A stretch of 63,889 bases of DNA, filler included, from Thraustochytrium aureum (GCA_012862495.1; 7 parts of 4 records of this genome joined end to end with filler, not necessarily neighbours in it); one strand, 5' to 3'; counted from the whole stretch's first letter, positions 1-10,404 are shown. Program-made: numbers and translations. The notes: a model not told the origin generated them from the sequence alone.

Positions 1-61
1 AAGGAAGGCCCTCGTCGGCCCCGTGTGATGATGATGGTCGTCGACTTGGCGCTCGCGCACT

Positions 62-164
62 ATCGATGATCAATCGTCCAAGTCGATGAACGAGGACTGC
101 GCGGGCGTGCACGATCGATCATCGATCGTCCGAGTCGATGAACGAGGACTGCGCGGGCGGGCAC
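62..164. repeat. Imperfect direct repeat, 2 copies, ~52-bp period
   Basis: atcgatgatcaatcgtccaagtcgatgaacgaggactgcgcgggcgtgcac (62-112) and atcgatcatcgatcgtccgagtcgatgaacgaggactgcgcgggcgggcac (114-164), read directly from the sequence. Confidence 0.85.
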
Positions 165-895
165 AAACGTCAGTCAATCCGCATTGTGCTCGTGCGTGCG
201 CACCAGAGAGTAGGGTACCTTAGAGTAGGCTAAGAACCTACACTACACTACCCTAGAGTACTCACTTTCTTGCGGATGTGGGCGAGTTGCGCTCCATCGG
301 CGGCCGAATTGACGCCCGCGGCGGTGTGTGCTGGCTCGGCAGCGCGTTTGTTGGTTGGTGATGACCGACGTGCGTGGATTCGCCGAGAGCGTGTGAAGTT
401 GTGCAGAAGAAGGGAGGACGGGACGGCGAGCTGGACGAGCTGGAGAGGCGAGGCGATTCGTTTCAGGGCGTTGTGACGGCAGCGTGCGTTGCCCGCTAAC
501 TGGACGAGCGAAGAGGCTGGGGCGTGCGTGCGGCCGTATAGCGGGAGCGCGGACGCACAAGTGTCAATACTGCAAGCGGTGGAATCAATAGTCAAGATGG
601 ACGGTCTCCGTTTCAATCAACGCGGGCGTGGATGCGGTCGCGACGTGGAATCAACGTGCGACGGTTGCGCGTCGGAGCTCGCAAGGCTGGTGTGCAGCGG
701 TCGCGCTGTGCGCGTCATTCGGTGGAATCGCGAGGGCGGGCTGCGATCTCGTCCGAAGTCGACGATGGACAGGTCGGCGGCAGCCGCGGGGAGGGGCAAG
801 CGGCAAGGAGCACGTTCGAACGGCTTTGACACGCACGCGCGCGGACTGTAGCTGTAGCTTTAGCGCTCTCGAAGGATAGAGATTATCTCGGTTGG

Positions 896-3800
896 CTAAG
901 TGGCGCCGAAGACCCACCGCGAGAGGCCGGAGCCGCTCTCGTCGGCCTCGAGGGCCTGCTTGACGAGCCCTGCCTCGCTGGGGCTGAACTGCAGCATGGT
1001 GGCCACGACAGGCAGCAGCGTCTTGCGCTCGCTCACCTGCCTCGCGGCCATGTACTTGAAAACCACGTTTTTCAAGTAGGTCAGGCTCTCCTCGGCGGCC
1101 GGAGCCGGCGCCGGCCCGGCGCCGAGGGCGACGCCACCCAGGCGCGTCTGGCGCTCGTGCGACCGCGAGATCTCGCGAATCTCCTCCTTGAGCGCAGCGT
1201 TCTGCTCGACCAGCAGAGCGTGCTCAGACTCGAGGTCCTCGCATTGCTCCCTGAGCGACTCCATCTCGCGGTGCCAAGCGACGCGGTCGCGCGTGTGCTG
1301 CTGGTGCAGTAGGTCCAGCTGGTCCGCGAACGGCGAGGCCGAGGCGACCGACTCGACCCCCGACTCGCCAAAGCGACGCAGAAGCTGCGAGTCGCCAGTC
1401 ACGCTGCTAAACCGGTCCGCGTCCTCGTCCATCTCGCTCGGGCGGTCCCCAGGCGACGAGGCCGGCGCAGCTGGAAGAGCCGCGGCTGCGGCCGCGGCCA
1501 CTACAGCGTCAATAGAGTCTTGGCCGCTCTGCCGTTGCCCTTGCGCGAGGGCGCTCCGGCCGCCACTGCGGCGCTTGCGGCGCTCGTGCGCGATCCTCGC
1601 CTCTGTGGTAATCCGGGCCGGGTGCTGGTGATCGTCGTCGTCGTCGTCCTCGCCGTCCTCGCCAAATCGCCCACTGCCAACGACCGCGTCGCCATCAATC
1701 TCGTCGTCTTCAGTGGCGCCAGCCTCTGCCCGTCCCGGCGCAAGTGGTGGCTTGCCCGAGGGAGGCTCTGCAGGCGTTTGGCGCGACCCCCCGTGCGCCA
1801 GCCGCTCTGACGGCTGGCTTCGTAGCGACGAGCTCGGCACTTGCTTGCGGCGCGCGAGCGTGACCTCCTCCTCAAGCTGCGACACGATGCTGCTGAGCTC
1901 TTCCTTGGACCGGGTGAGCGCACGCACCGAGGCCTCCAGCTGCGAGTTTTTCGCGGTCAGCGCCTCGCACGACTCCTCGCTCGCGATCGCTCGCGCCCGA
2001 GCCGCAGCAAGCTCCTCCGAAAGCCGCCCCGTCTCCTCGTCGAGTATGGCGGCATGCGACGCCTGGAGACCCTCGCGCATCTTCTCCATCCGCTCCATGA
2101 TCGACTGCTCGAGCTTGTCGTACATCTTGTTGGATGCATCCAGGTCGCGCTGCGCGCTGCCGAGCGCCACCTCGAGCCGCGACCGCTCGGCCTGAATTGT
2201 TTCGATTTGCTGCTGCTTGGCGTCCACGAGCCGCGAGACCCGGGCGAGCTCCGACTCGAGCTGGACCTTGAGCTGGTTCTCCGTCGCCTCTTGGTGGGCC
2301 CCGACGCGCCGGGCCTCGTCCTTGGCCCTCTTCAGCGCGACCTGCGCGTTGCGCTTGTACTTGGCCAAGTCGGTCTTGAGCGTTTCTACCTGCGCCATGG
2401 CCCACGCGGCCTGCTCCTGGGCCTCCTGGACGCGGCTGGCCTCCGCGTTGCGAACGGACGCTTGAACAGAGGGAGGGAGCTCGAAACGGAGCGCCGCAGC
2501 CGGCTTGCCAGGCTGCGCCTGCTCGATCCACGCCGCCACCTGACGTGCAGATACCCACTCGATCGCAGAGGGCGGCGCCCCAGGTCCGCCACTCGACTGC
2601 GCCGCCGCACCGCTCTCTTGTTCGCCAGCACGGCTCGCGTCCAGCTCCTCTGGGCTCGGCGCGCGGCTCCGTGCATCTATGCAGACCCAAACCTGCGTCT
2701 CTTCGGGCCCGTCACTCGGCGGGGCAACGTCCACGGTGCACAGCACGTCGCGGAGCGGGTCAAACCCGGGAGGTGGTGCCGCGCTTTCCACGAGCGCTCG
2801 CTCCAGCTTCTGGACGGACTCCATCTTGCTCTTCAAGAGGCGCTTGAGCTTTTTGATGTTGTTTTCCTGCGCAGCGGCCCGCTTAGCCAGAGCATCGCGC
2901 TCGGCTTCGAGCTTGTCCATGCTGGCCTTCAGCTCGATCTGCGTGCGCTCGTCTGCCTGCTTGGTTAGCATGAGCTTTTGCTCGACGTCGATCATTTGCT
3001 CTGAGGCGTCGCGCGCGGCCGCCTCGCGCACTTGCTCCAGTGCAGCGTTGCTCGAGAAGCGTTGCCACGTCGCGAGCGCCCGGGACATCGCTTGCCGCGA
3101 TTCATGCCTGTCGCACAAGTGGAGAACTGCCCACAGGTACCTCCCGCGCACAGCGCCCAGGGCTTTGGTCCCGCCAGAAAGCTTTTGCTTGGCAGCTTTG
3201 AACCGCCTTGCAAATTCGGTCGCCTTTTTCTGCCATTCGCCTGCTTTTTTCTCGGCAATTATCGCGCGTTCCTCAAGGCTGGCAAGTAGAGCCTTTGCAG
3301 CGCCCTCTGATGCAGCCAATTCAATGTGGGCCTCGAGGATCATGGTTTCAAGGAGAGCGCCTCGTGCAGACGCCAACTGTGCTCCGCCAGAGTCTACTGT
3401 TGGACTTTGCGGGTCATGCGCGCATTCATTCTTCACAAGCTGCTGCTCCAGCTCTTCAATGCGAGCTCGCTCTGCATCCAACTGGTTCAAAAGCTCCGCG
3501 ACGCGGCCCTCCTCTGCGTCGCCTCGCGTGCGCTCTTCCACGCTCTCGAGCTGGTTTTGCAAGTCTGCAANNNNNNNNNNNNNNNNNNNNNNNNNNNNNN
3601 NNNNNNNNNNNNNNNNNNNNNNNNNNNNNNNNNNNNNNNNNNNNNNNNNNNNNNNNNNNNNNNNNNNNNNNNNNNNNNNNNNNNNNNNNNNNNNNNNNNN
3701 NNNNNNNNNNNNNNNNNNNNNNNNNNNNNNNNNNNNNNNNNNNNNNNNNNNNNNNNNNNNNNNNNNNNNNNNNNNNNNNNNNNNNNNNNNNNNNNNNNNN

Positions 3801-5221
3801 NNNNNNNNNNNNNNNNNNNNNNNNNNNNNNNNNNNNNNNNNNNNNNNNNNNNNNNNNNNNNNNNNNNNNNNNNNNNNNNNNNNNNNNNNNNNNNNNNNNN
3901 NNNNNNNNNNNNNNNNNNNNNNNNNNNNNNNNNNNNNNNNNNNNNNNNNNNNNNNNNNNNNNNNNNNNNNNNNNNNNNNNNNNNNNNNNNNNNNNNNNNN
4001 NNNNNNNNNNNNNNNNNNNGCGGAAGCGCGGGCCCGCTCTGCCGATAACTCGCGCTCGAGCTCCGAGACGCGTTCTTCAAGCACCGCAGCTGAAGACGCT
4101 CGCTTCGTTGTATCGTCGAGCTCGGCGGCCTGGGACGCGAGCATTGCCTCAAGCTCCTTCAGTCGCTCTTGTTCAACTCCGCCTTGAGGGCCCCCGCGCA
4201 AATCCTCTGGCACCTCGTTGCTGGCGGCACCGTCGTGGGGCGCGCGTGATGAGAGCACCTCGACCTCGGCTTCCAGCTCTGCAATGCGCTTCTGTTGCTC
4301 ATCCACAGTGGCGGACTCCCTCGCTCCGGTGATTTTTTCAAGTTGCTGCTCCAGTTCAGCGATACGCGACAAGGCCGCGCCCAGCTCACCCTGCAGCGAC
4401 TCAAGACGCTCCGTGCTGTCATCTGCGCTTCCCTCGCCACCAGTGGCTTCTTGGGCTTGCCGAAGCTCGAGCTTGAGGGACCGCACCTGCTGGTCGTGCT
4501 TCGCGAGCAGCTCGTCCAGCTCGCGCTCGCGCTCATTTAGTTGGGTTTGGACGTCTTCGACCTTGCCCACCTGGGCTGCGAGCTGTGCAGCCTCTGCTGC
4601 CGCATTGACGGCGTGCTCGAGTTTGCTCTCGAGTTGGCGTCGCGCCTCATCTGCTTGCTTGATTTCCGCGTCTTTGGCGGCCAAGAGCGCCTCGAGGTCA
4701 GCGGTGGCCGACGACGGCGGCGTTGCTACTGCTTGCTCGACCATAGCAAGGAGACTGGCGTTCTTCGTCTCGAGCTCCTCGATCCGTCGCGAAGTCTCTG
4801 CCGCTACGACCTTCATCTCGGCCATCATAGAGTTTGAGCGCTCTTCAGCGGCCTCCTTTTCAGTCTTTAGCGACGAGAGTTTTGCCTGGGCTTTTTTGTA
4901 CCTTGTCAGGAGCTCCTTGAGGCGCGACAAGGCGAGTTCGTGCTCTTTCGATTTGGCCTCAAGCGAGGCATCCTTTTCTGCGACGGCGGCCAAAAGGTCC
5001 GCCAGCTGACTCGCTTCGGCGCCTTGGAGCGTGCCGTTGGATTGGGCACTAGCGGCCTCAACGTCCGCTACATGGTCGACCCCAGCAGCGCGCAGCGATT
5101 CGAGCTCCAAGCCGCGTTTGTCAAACGCAGCACGAAGCGCCTCCAGCTCCTTCTCCTTCGCATCGAGCTTCTTCGTCTGCTTCTTCACAAACTTGACGAG
5201 GTCCTCCTTGCTCAAGTTCAT
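896..5221 (-). CDS. GRIP-domain coiled-coil golgin (GCC2/GCC185-like); spans an N gap at 3571-4019
   Basis: Long E/K/Q/L-rich coiled coil. C-terminal GRIP signature LTYLKNVVFKYM...RKTLLPVVATMLQFSPSE. N-terminus LSKEDLVKFVKKQ resembles the GCC185 N-terminal motif. Confidence 0.85.
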   Translation of the reverse strand: MNLSKEDLVKFVKKQTKKLDAKEKELEALRAAFDKRGLELESLRAAGVDHVADVEAASAQSNGTLQGAEASQLADLLAAVAEKDASLEAKSKEHELALSRLKELLTRYKKAQAKLSSLKTEKEAAEERSNSMMAEMKVVAAETSRRIEELETKNASLLAMVEQAVATPPSSATADLEALLAAKDAEIKQADEARRQLESKLEHAVNAAAEAAQLAAQVGKVEDVQTQLNERERELDELLAKHDQQVRSLKLELRQAQEATGGEGSADDSTERLESLQGELGAALSRIAELEQQLEKITGARESATVDEQQKRIAELEAEVEVLSSRAPHDGAASNEVPEDLRGGPQGGVEQERLKELEAMLASQAAELDDTTKRASSAAVLEERVSELERELSAERARASXXXXXXXXXXXXXXXXXXXXXXXXXXXXXXXXXXXXXXXXXXXXXXXXXXXXXXXXXXXXXXXXXXXXXXXXXXXXXXXXXXXXXXXXXXXXXXXXXXXXXXXXXXXXXXXXXXXXXXXXXXXXXXXXXXXXXXXXXXXXXXXXXXXXXXXADLQNQLESVEERTRGDAEEGRVAELLNQLDAERARIEELEQQLVKNECAHDPQSPTVDSGGAQLASARGALLETMILEAHIELAASEGAAKALLASLEERAIIAEKKAGEWQKKATEFARRFKAAKQKLSGGTKALGAVRGRYLWAVLHLCDRHESRQAMSRALATWQRFSSNAALEQVREAAARDASEQMIDVEQKLMLTKQADERTQIELKASMDKLEAERDALAKRAAAQENNIKKLKRLLKSKMESVQKLERALVESAAPPPGFDPLRDVLCTVDVAPPSDGPEETQVWVCIDARSRAPSPEELDASRAGEQESGAAAQSSGGPGAPPSAIEWVSARQVAAWIEQAQPGKPAAALRFELPPSVQASVRNAEASRVQEAQEQAAWAMAQVETLKTDLAKYKRNAQVALKRAKDEARRVGAHQEATENQLKVQLESELARVSRLVDAKQQQIETIQAERSRLEVALGSAQRDLDASNKMYDKLEQSIMERMEKMREGLQASHAAILDEETGRLSEELAAARARAIASEESCEALTAKNSQLEASVRALTRSKEELSSIVSQLEEEVTLARRKQVPSSSLRSQPSERLAHGGSRQTPAEPPSGKPPLAPGRAEAGATEDDEIDGDAVVGSGRFGEDGEDDDDDDHQHPARITTEARIAHERRKRRSGGRSALAQGQRQSGQDSIDAVVAAAAAAALPAAPASSPGDRPSEMDEDADRFSSVTGDSQLLRRFGESGVESVASASPFADQLDLLHQQHTRDRVAWHREMESLREQCEDLESEHALLVEQNAALKEEIREISRSHERQTRLGGVALGAGPAPAPAAEESLTYLKNVVFKYMAARQVSERKTLLPVVATMLQFSPSEAGLVKQALEADESGSGLSRWVFGAT

Positions 5222-5527
5222 CGCGGGTGCCGGCGCAACCCCGGGCCGTCAGCGTCTGCGGATCCGTGCGAGCGCCGACCAGCGCTCGCCAGCCCGGACA
5301 GCGCAGGCGCACTCAATCGGCTCGGCCAGCGACTTGGAGATGGCGCGGAGACGCACGTTCGCGAGACCCTGCAGCGAGTCGTCGAGGAACGGCAAGAGCC
5401 TGGAAAGAGGGACCGAGGCACAAAGCGAGTCCCCTCTACCCGACCGAGTCCACCCTGCAGCAAGCCTCGTCGCGGCAAAGATGGCACCAGCGGCGGGGAC
5501 CCTGCAGCGGGTCACGTTGCCGCAGAG

Positions 5528-5620
5528 CTGGCGACAAACCTGGCGGCAAACCTGGCGGCAAACCTGGCGGCAAACCTGGCGGACAACCTGGCGGCAAACC
5601 TGGCGGCAAACCTGGCGGCA
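5528..5620. repeat. 12-bp tandem minisatellite (CTGGCGGCAAAC), ~7.75 copies
   Basis: Directly visible tandem array with two variant units (ctggcgacaaac, ctggcggacaac), upstream of the golgin start. Confidence 0.95.
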
Positions 5621-5760
5621 GCGGCGGCGCGCCAGTGGCGAGCCTCGTCGCGGCGGCAGAGTTGGCACCAGCTAGCGAGCGCCAGCAGGCCGCCCCGAAC
5701 GGGCTCTGCTCCGCAACACCACGGGCCCCGCTTCGTTGTTCACCTCGCCGCTCTACCTTC

Positions 5761-5978
5761 CCCTCTATCTGCGGCCTTCTGCCCCTCTATAAAACCCTCC
5801 CCGCGCTAAAACCACCTCGTGTTTTACTATAGCGGGCCATCACATGAGCACCCTCTATTTACTGCGCAGTCGGTGTCCAAGGTGGGTGTGAGATAAATAG
5901 AGGGATGAGGCAGCGGCACGTAATCCCTCTATGTAATTGGCGCTTGGAGAGATAGCATGCGTTGGTGTTAATAGAGGG
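5761..5978. promoter_or_regulatory. Cluster of six CCCTCTAT/ATAGAGGG motifs in the divergent golgin/SAMHD1-like intergenic region
   Basis: Forward copies at 5761, 5783, 5851, 5925; reverse copies at 5897 and 5971. 5851-5861 and 5894-5904 form a perfect 11-bp inverted repeat. The regulatory role is inferred from position. Confidence 0.5.
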
Positions 5979-6084
5979 CAGCGCTCAGTGCTTGTTCGTT
6001 TTGTTCCTCCATTTGTTCTTGATTGCACTGTGTGCCCGCGATCGCACATCCGCGCGGCACGGCGGCCGCTCCAGGCTGCGCGCC

Positions 6085-6200
6085 CGCTCGCTCGCTCGCC
6101 CGCCCGCTCGCTGGCTGTCGCGCCTTGCTGCTGGTTGGCTCGCTCGCCTCCTCGCTCGCTCGCTCGCTCGCTCGCCTCCTCGCTTGCGGGCTGGCTGGCT
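6085..6200. repeat. (CTCG)n/(CTGG)n microsatellite mosaic upstream of the SAMHD1-like gene
   Basis: gctcgctcgctcgc... runs are visible in the sequence. Confidence 0.8.
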
Positions 6201-6580
6201 CGCCCGCGGCGCTGGTGGTGGTTACGTTGGTGGCGGCGCCGCTCTCCGACCCCTCCTCCCCCCGCGCGGCCACGCCCGCCTGCGCGCCCGCTCGAGAGCC
6301 CGCTTGCGAGCCCGCTTGCGCGCTCGCCTGTGCGCCCCCTGCGGCTCGCTCGCTGCTGGTAGCAGCGCGGAACGAAAAGGACGAGAAAGCGCGAGCGGTG
6401 GGTGGGTGAGGGGAAAACCACGGAAAAGCCAAAACGCAAGCCNNNNNNNNNNNNNNNNNNNNNNNNNNNNNNNNNNNNNNNNNNNNNNNNNNNNNNNNNN
6501 NNNNNNNNNNNNNNNNNNNNNNNNNNNNNNNNNNNNNNNNNNNNNNNNNNNNNNNNNNNNNNNNNNNNNNNNNNNNNNNN

Positions 6581-8413
6581 NTGGACCGGTTCGTCATCCG
6601 CACCAAAAAAAGCGCGCAGGCGACAGCCTACGTCAAGCGACCCCTCGTGGAAGAGCCCGGCAAGGCCCAGAGCGCAGAGGCCCCCGTCGTCGCCCTGCAG
6701 ACCCAGGCACGGCCCACCAAGCGATGGCGCTGCGACGAGGGCGCGCACGACTCGGACGAGGAGGCCGCCGCCGTTGACGTGGTCCCACTGGCTGCTATCC
6801 GCGGCGGCCTCGAGATCAAAGACGCAACCCACGGAAGGCTCGATCTCCCGCTCCTCGCCAAGCTCATTATCGACACACCACAGTTCCAACGGCTGCGGCG
6901 GCTCAAGCAGCTGGGCGTCTGCTGCGTCGTGTGGCCCTGCGCAACGCACACCCGCTTTGAGCACTCGATCGGCGTCTGCCATCTCGCCGGCCAGTGGGTG
7001 AAAAACCTCATGGTCTGCCAGCCCGAGCTCGGAATTTCGCGCGAAGACCTGCTTTGCGTGCAGGTGGCCGGCCTGTGCCACGACCTCGGCCACGGCCCCT
7101 TCTCGCACGTTTTCGACAACATGGTCATGCCCGCAGTTGGCGAGACCTCGTGGACGCACGAGGAAGGGTCGGTAATGATGCTCGAGGCGCTCCTGCGCGG
7201 CAGCGGCATCCGGCTCGAGGCCTTCGGGCTTGACCCAGAGCGCGACCTGGAGGTCATCAAAGAGATGATCCTCGGCGTGCCCGCCGACGAGCGCCAGCGG
7301 CGAGACCGCGTGCGAGGTGCGTGGCCGCGCAAGCGATTCCTGTACGACATAGTCAACAACTGCGAGAGCGGACTCGACGTCGACAAGCTCGACTATTACC
7401 AGCGCGACGTGCGCAACACGGGCGTGGACGGCAGCAGCGTCCGGTTTGACGATCTGCTCACGCAGAGCCGAGTCATGCGCTGCGAGGACGGGCTCGACCG
7501 GATTTGCTTCCCGCCCGAGCTGTACCGGACCGCCTTTCGCGCCTTCGAGGCGCGCTTCCACTTGCACGAGAGCGTCTACACGCACCGCACGGTCAAAGCC
7601 GTCGAGTTCATGATCCGCGACCTACTCGTCATGGTGCACGACACCTTTCGCTTCCGCGGCGCCCGCATCGCCGACGCGGTGCGCGACCCAGAAAAGTACG
7701 TCGCGCTGAACGACTCTGTTCTGGACCTCGTGGCCAACTTTGTGGCAGAGCTGCCCGCCTCGGCGCCGCGTCGGGACGAGCTCGTCGACCTCGTGGCACG
7801 CATCGAGTCGCGCTCGCGCCTCTACCGTTGCGTGGGCTGGGTGCCCATGCCCGAGGGCGCCGCGCACAAGTCGCTGGCCGACATCCAGCGTGAGATCGTC
7901 GAGTGCGCAGTGGCGCCGGACGCCGTAGCCGTGCGGTCCCCGCAGGTTGACCGGCAGCGCTACGCTGGCCGCTCCGCGCTCGCCGAGTTCGACTCGGACG
8001 ACGAGGACTTTGCTTCGGCGGACGCCGCCGCCGAGGCTTGCGCAGCGCTGCGTCTCCGCGACGGCCCGCTCCGCTTTGACGACCTCATCGTCGAGTTCCA
8101 AAAGCTGCACTTTGGCCGCAAGGCGGCCAATCCGCTCGACACCATGTACTTCTTCCCGGACGGTGGGCTGATGGCCTCGCGCCAGCGCACCCCGGGCCTC
8201 GCGGTGCGTGGCGACCGCTGCAAAGGCAAGCTCTGCGCGAAGGCCTGGCTCCCGCCCGCCTTTTGCGACGTCCGTGTGCGCGTTTTCTGCAAGGACCCAA
8301 CGCACCACAGCGTCGCTGCCGAGGCTTTCCGCCGCTGGAACGAGCAGTACAGCGCGCAAGACGTGATCCAGTCGCAGGACACGCCCCACGTGCACATGCA
8401 CTGGCGAGCCTGA
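6581..8413 (+). CDS. SAMHD1: SAMHD1-like HD-domain dNTP triphosphohydrolase (no SAM domain)
   Basis: IIDTPQFQRLRRLKQLG, HTRFEHSIGV, LCHDLGHGPFSH, WTHE, DVDKLDY and VYTHRTV are all SAMHD1-family motifs. The frame is open back to 'nTG' at 6581, which is probably the ATG (MDRFVIRTKK). Confidence 0.92.
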   Translation, partial: XDRFVIRTKKSAQATAYVKRPLVEEPGKAQSAEAPVVALQTQARPTKRWRCDEGAHDSDEEAAAVDVVPLAAIRGGLEIKDATHGRLDLPLLAKLIIDTPQFQRLRRLKQLGVCCVVWPCATHTRFEHSIGVCHLAGQWVKNLMVCQPELGISREDLLCVQVAGLCHDLGHGPFSHVFDNMVMPAVGETSWTHEEGSVMMLEALLRGSGIRLEAFGLDPERDLEVIKEMILGVPADERQRRDRVRGAWPRKRFLYDIVNNCESGLDVDKLDYYQRDVRNTGVDGSSVRFDDLLTQSRVMRCEDGLDRICFPPELYRTAFRAFEARFHLHESVYTHRTVKAVEFMIRDLLVMVHDTFRFRGARIADAVRDPEKYVALNDSVLDLVANFVAELPASAPRRDELVDLVARIESRSRLYRCVGWVPMPEGAAHKSLADIQREIVECAVAPDAVAVRSPQVDRQRYAGRSALAEFDSDDEDFASADAAAEACAALRLRDGPLRFDDLIVEFQKLHFGRKAANPLDTMYFFPDGGLMASRQRTPGLAVRGDRCKGKLCAKAWLPPAFCDVRVRVFCKDPTHHSVAAEAFRRWNEQYSAQDVIQSQDTPHVHMHWRA

Positions 8414-9417
8414 CGGCGCCAGCCGCTGCGCCACCTCTGTCAACAACAACTCTAGCCAGCTAGCCAGCCAGCCAGTACGCAATGAAACACCAGCTGCCTG
8501 CTCGGCTCTGCACTGCGCCCAGCTGTCTCGCGCACGCCTTCCACCTCGAGCGTCCTGCGCCGTCCTCCGCAGTCTCGCGCAGAGATCCCAACCAACTCGT
8601 GCACNNNNNNNNNNNNNNNNNNNNNNNNNNNNNNNNNNNNNNNNNNNNNNNNNNNNNNNNNNNNNNNNNNNNNNNNNNNNNNNNNNNNNNNNNNNNNNNN
8701 NNNNNNNNNNNNNNNNNNNNNNNNNNNNNNNNNNNNNNNNNNNNNNNNNNNNNNNNNNNNNNNNNNNNNNNNNNNNNNNNNNNNNNNNNNNNNNNNNNNN
8801 NNNNNNNNNNNNNNNNNNNNNNNNNNNNNNNNNNNNNNNNNNNNNNNNNNNNNNNNNNNNNNNNNNNNNNNNNNNNNNNNNNNNNNNNNNNNNNNNNNNN
8901 NNNNNNNNNNNNNNNNNNNNNNNNNNNNNNNNNNNNNNNNNNNNNNNNNNNNNNNNNNNNNNNNNNNNNNNNNNNNNNNNNNNNNNNNNNNNNNNNNNNN
9001 NNNNNNNNNNNNNNNNNNNNNNNNNNNNNNNNNNNNNNNNNNNNNNNNNNNNNNNNNNNNNNNNNNNNNNNNNNNNNNNNNNNNNNNNNNNNNNNNNNNN
9101 NNNNNNNNNNNNNNNNNNNNNNNNNNNNNNNNNNNNNNNNNNNNNNNNNNNNNNNNNNNNNNNNNNNNNNNNNNNNNNNNNNNNNNNNNNNNNNNNNNNN
9201 NNNNNNNNNNNNNNNNNNNNNNNNNNNNNNNNNNNNNNNNNNNNNNNNNNNNNNNNNNNNNNNNNNNNNNNNNNNNNNNNNNNNNNNNNNNNNNNNNNNN
9301 NNNNNNNNNNNNNNNNNNNNNNNNNNNNNNNNNNNNNNNNNNNNNNNNNNNNNNNNNNNNNNNNNNNNNNNNNNNNNNNNNNNNNNNNNNNNNNNNNNNN
9401 NNNNNNNNNNNNNNNNN

Positions 9418-10360
9418 CGCCGCCGCCTCGGCGACTCCGCTGCACTGCCCGTGGCTTCATCGCGATCGGGCGGCCCCGGCGCCAGCGCCGGCACCTGTAC
9501 CGATTGTGCCTCTTCAGAGTTGTCCGGAGTCGCCTCCAGCAGCGGGTTCTCCGGCGAAGGCGCCTCGACGTCAACCAGCTGCAGCGACTCGGTCCGGTCT
9601 ACAAGCGATCCTTTGGCCTTCTGCACCTCAAACAGGGCTTGGCGTCGTGTGCGCTCTTGCTCCAGCACGTGCCGCTCCGACTCAGAGAGCGCCTCGAGGT
9701 AGGCGCGGCGCTGATCTTCTGGTGGCACGCGCCTCGACCACTCCGCCGGCACCAGCGAGGTCGCACCGGCCGCCTCTGCGCCCCCTGCGCCGTCTACCGA
9801 GCCGAGCGTTGGCAACGCATTGCGCAGGCACGTCTCGATCTGCTCGTATGGGATTTCGATGCGGCACATTGGGCAGTCGAGGCCTTGGCGGCGGTCGTGC
9901 TCGTTGCGCTCCTCCATGGACGCCGCGAGAGCGGCGTGCTCCCCTTGGGCCTTGTAGGCTTTCGACTTGGCCACTGCGAGGTCCTTGAGGAGCGCCTTGA
10001 TCTTTTCTCTTAGCGCCGCAACGCGCCTTGCCGCTGCGGCGACCGTGGCCACGCCGCTCTGCTTGAGCGGCGCAAACCGGGGATCGTCAAAGACGGCCAT
10101 GCCTCGTTGGGACAACTCCTCCTGGAGCTCGAGCATGGCCGCCTTGTCCTTGCCCAGCTCGTCAACTTGCCCCTGCAAGAGAGCCGCGGCGGCGCTGCGC
10201 TCGTTTGCGCGGGCCTCGAGCGCTCGGACGGCTTGCTGCCGTTGGAGCGAGTTCTGCGACAGCTCGGTGCCCTCCCCGGTGCGCCTTGCATCGACCTGCT
10301 TCCACCAGGCGGCCAGGCACGCGTCATGGAACGTGTGCCAGCACTCTGCGCGAACACGTC
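9418..10360 (-). CDS. RING-H2 E3 ubiquitin ligase fragment, RNF25/AO7-like (both ends in gaps)
   Basis: One open frame reads ECWHTFHDACLAAWW ... LDCPMCR, then EQERTRRQALFEVQKAKGSLVD, which resembles the post-RING RNF25 motif (ERKRLYQRQQERGGIID). Confidence 0.65.
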
Positions 10361-10404
10361 NNNNNNNNNNNNNNNNNNNNNNNNNNNNNNNNNNNNNNNN
10401 NNNN

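Noticed and set aside
62..164. CRISPR-like repeat-spacer array
   Set aside because: Only two abutting copies, no spacers, no cas genes, and a eukaryotic context.
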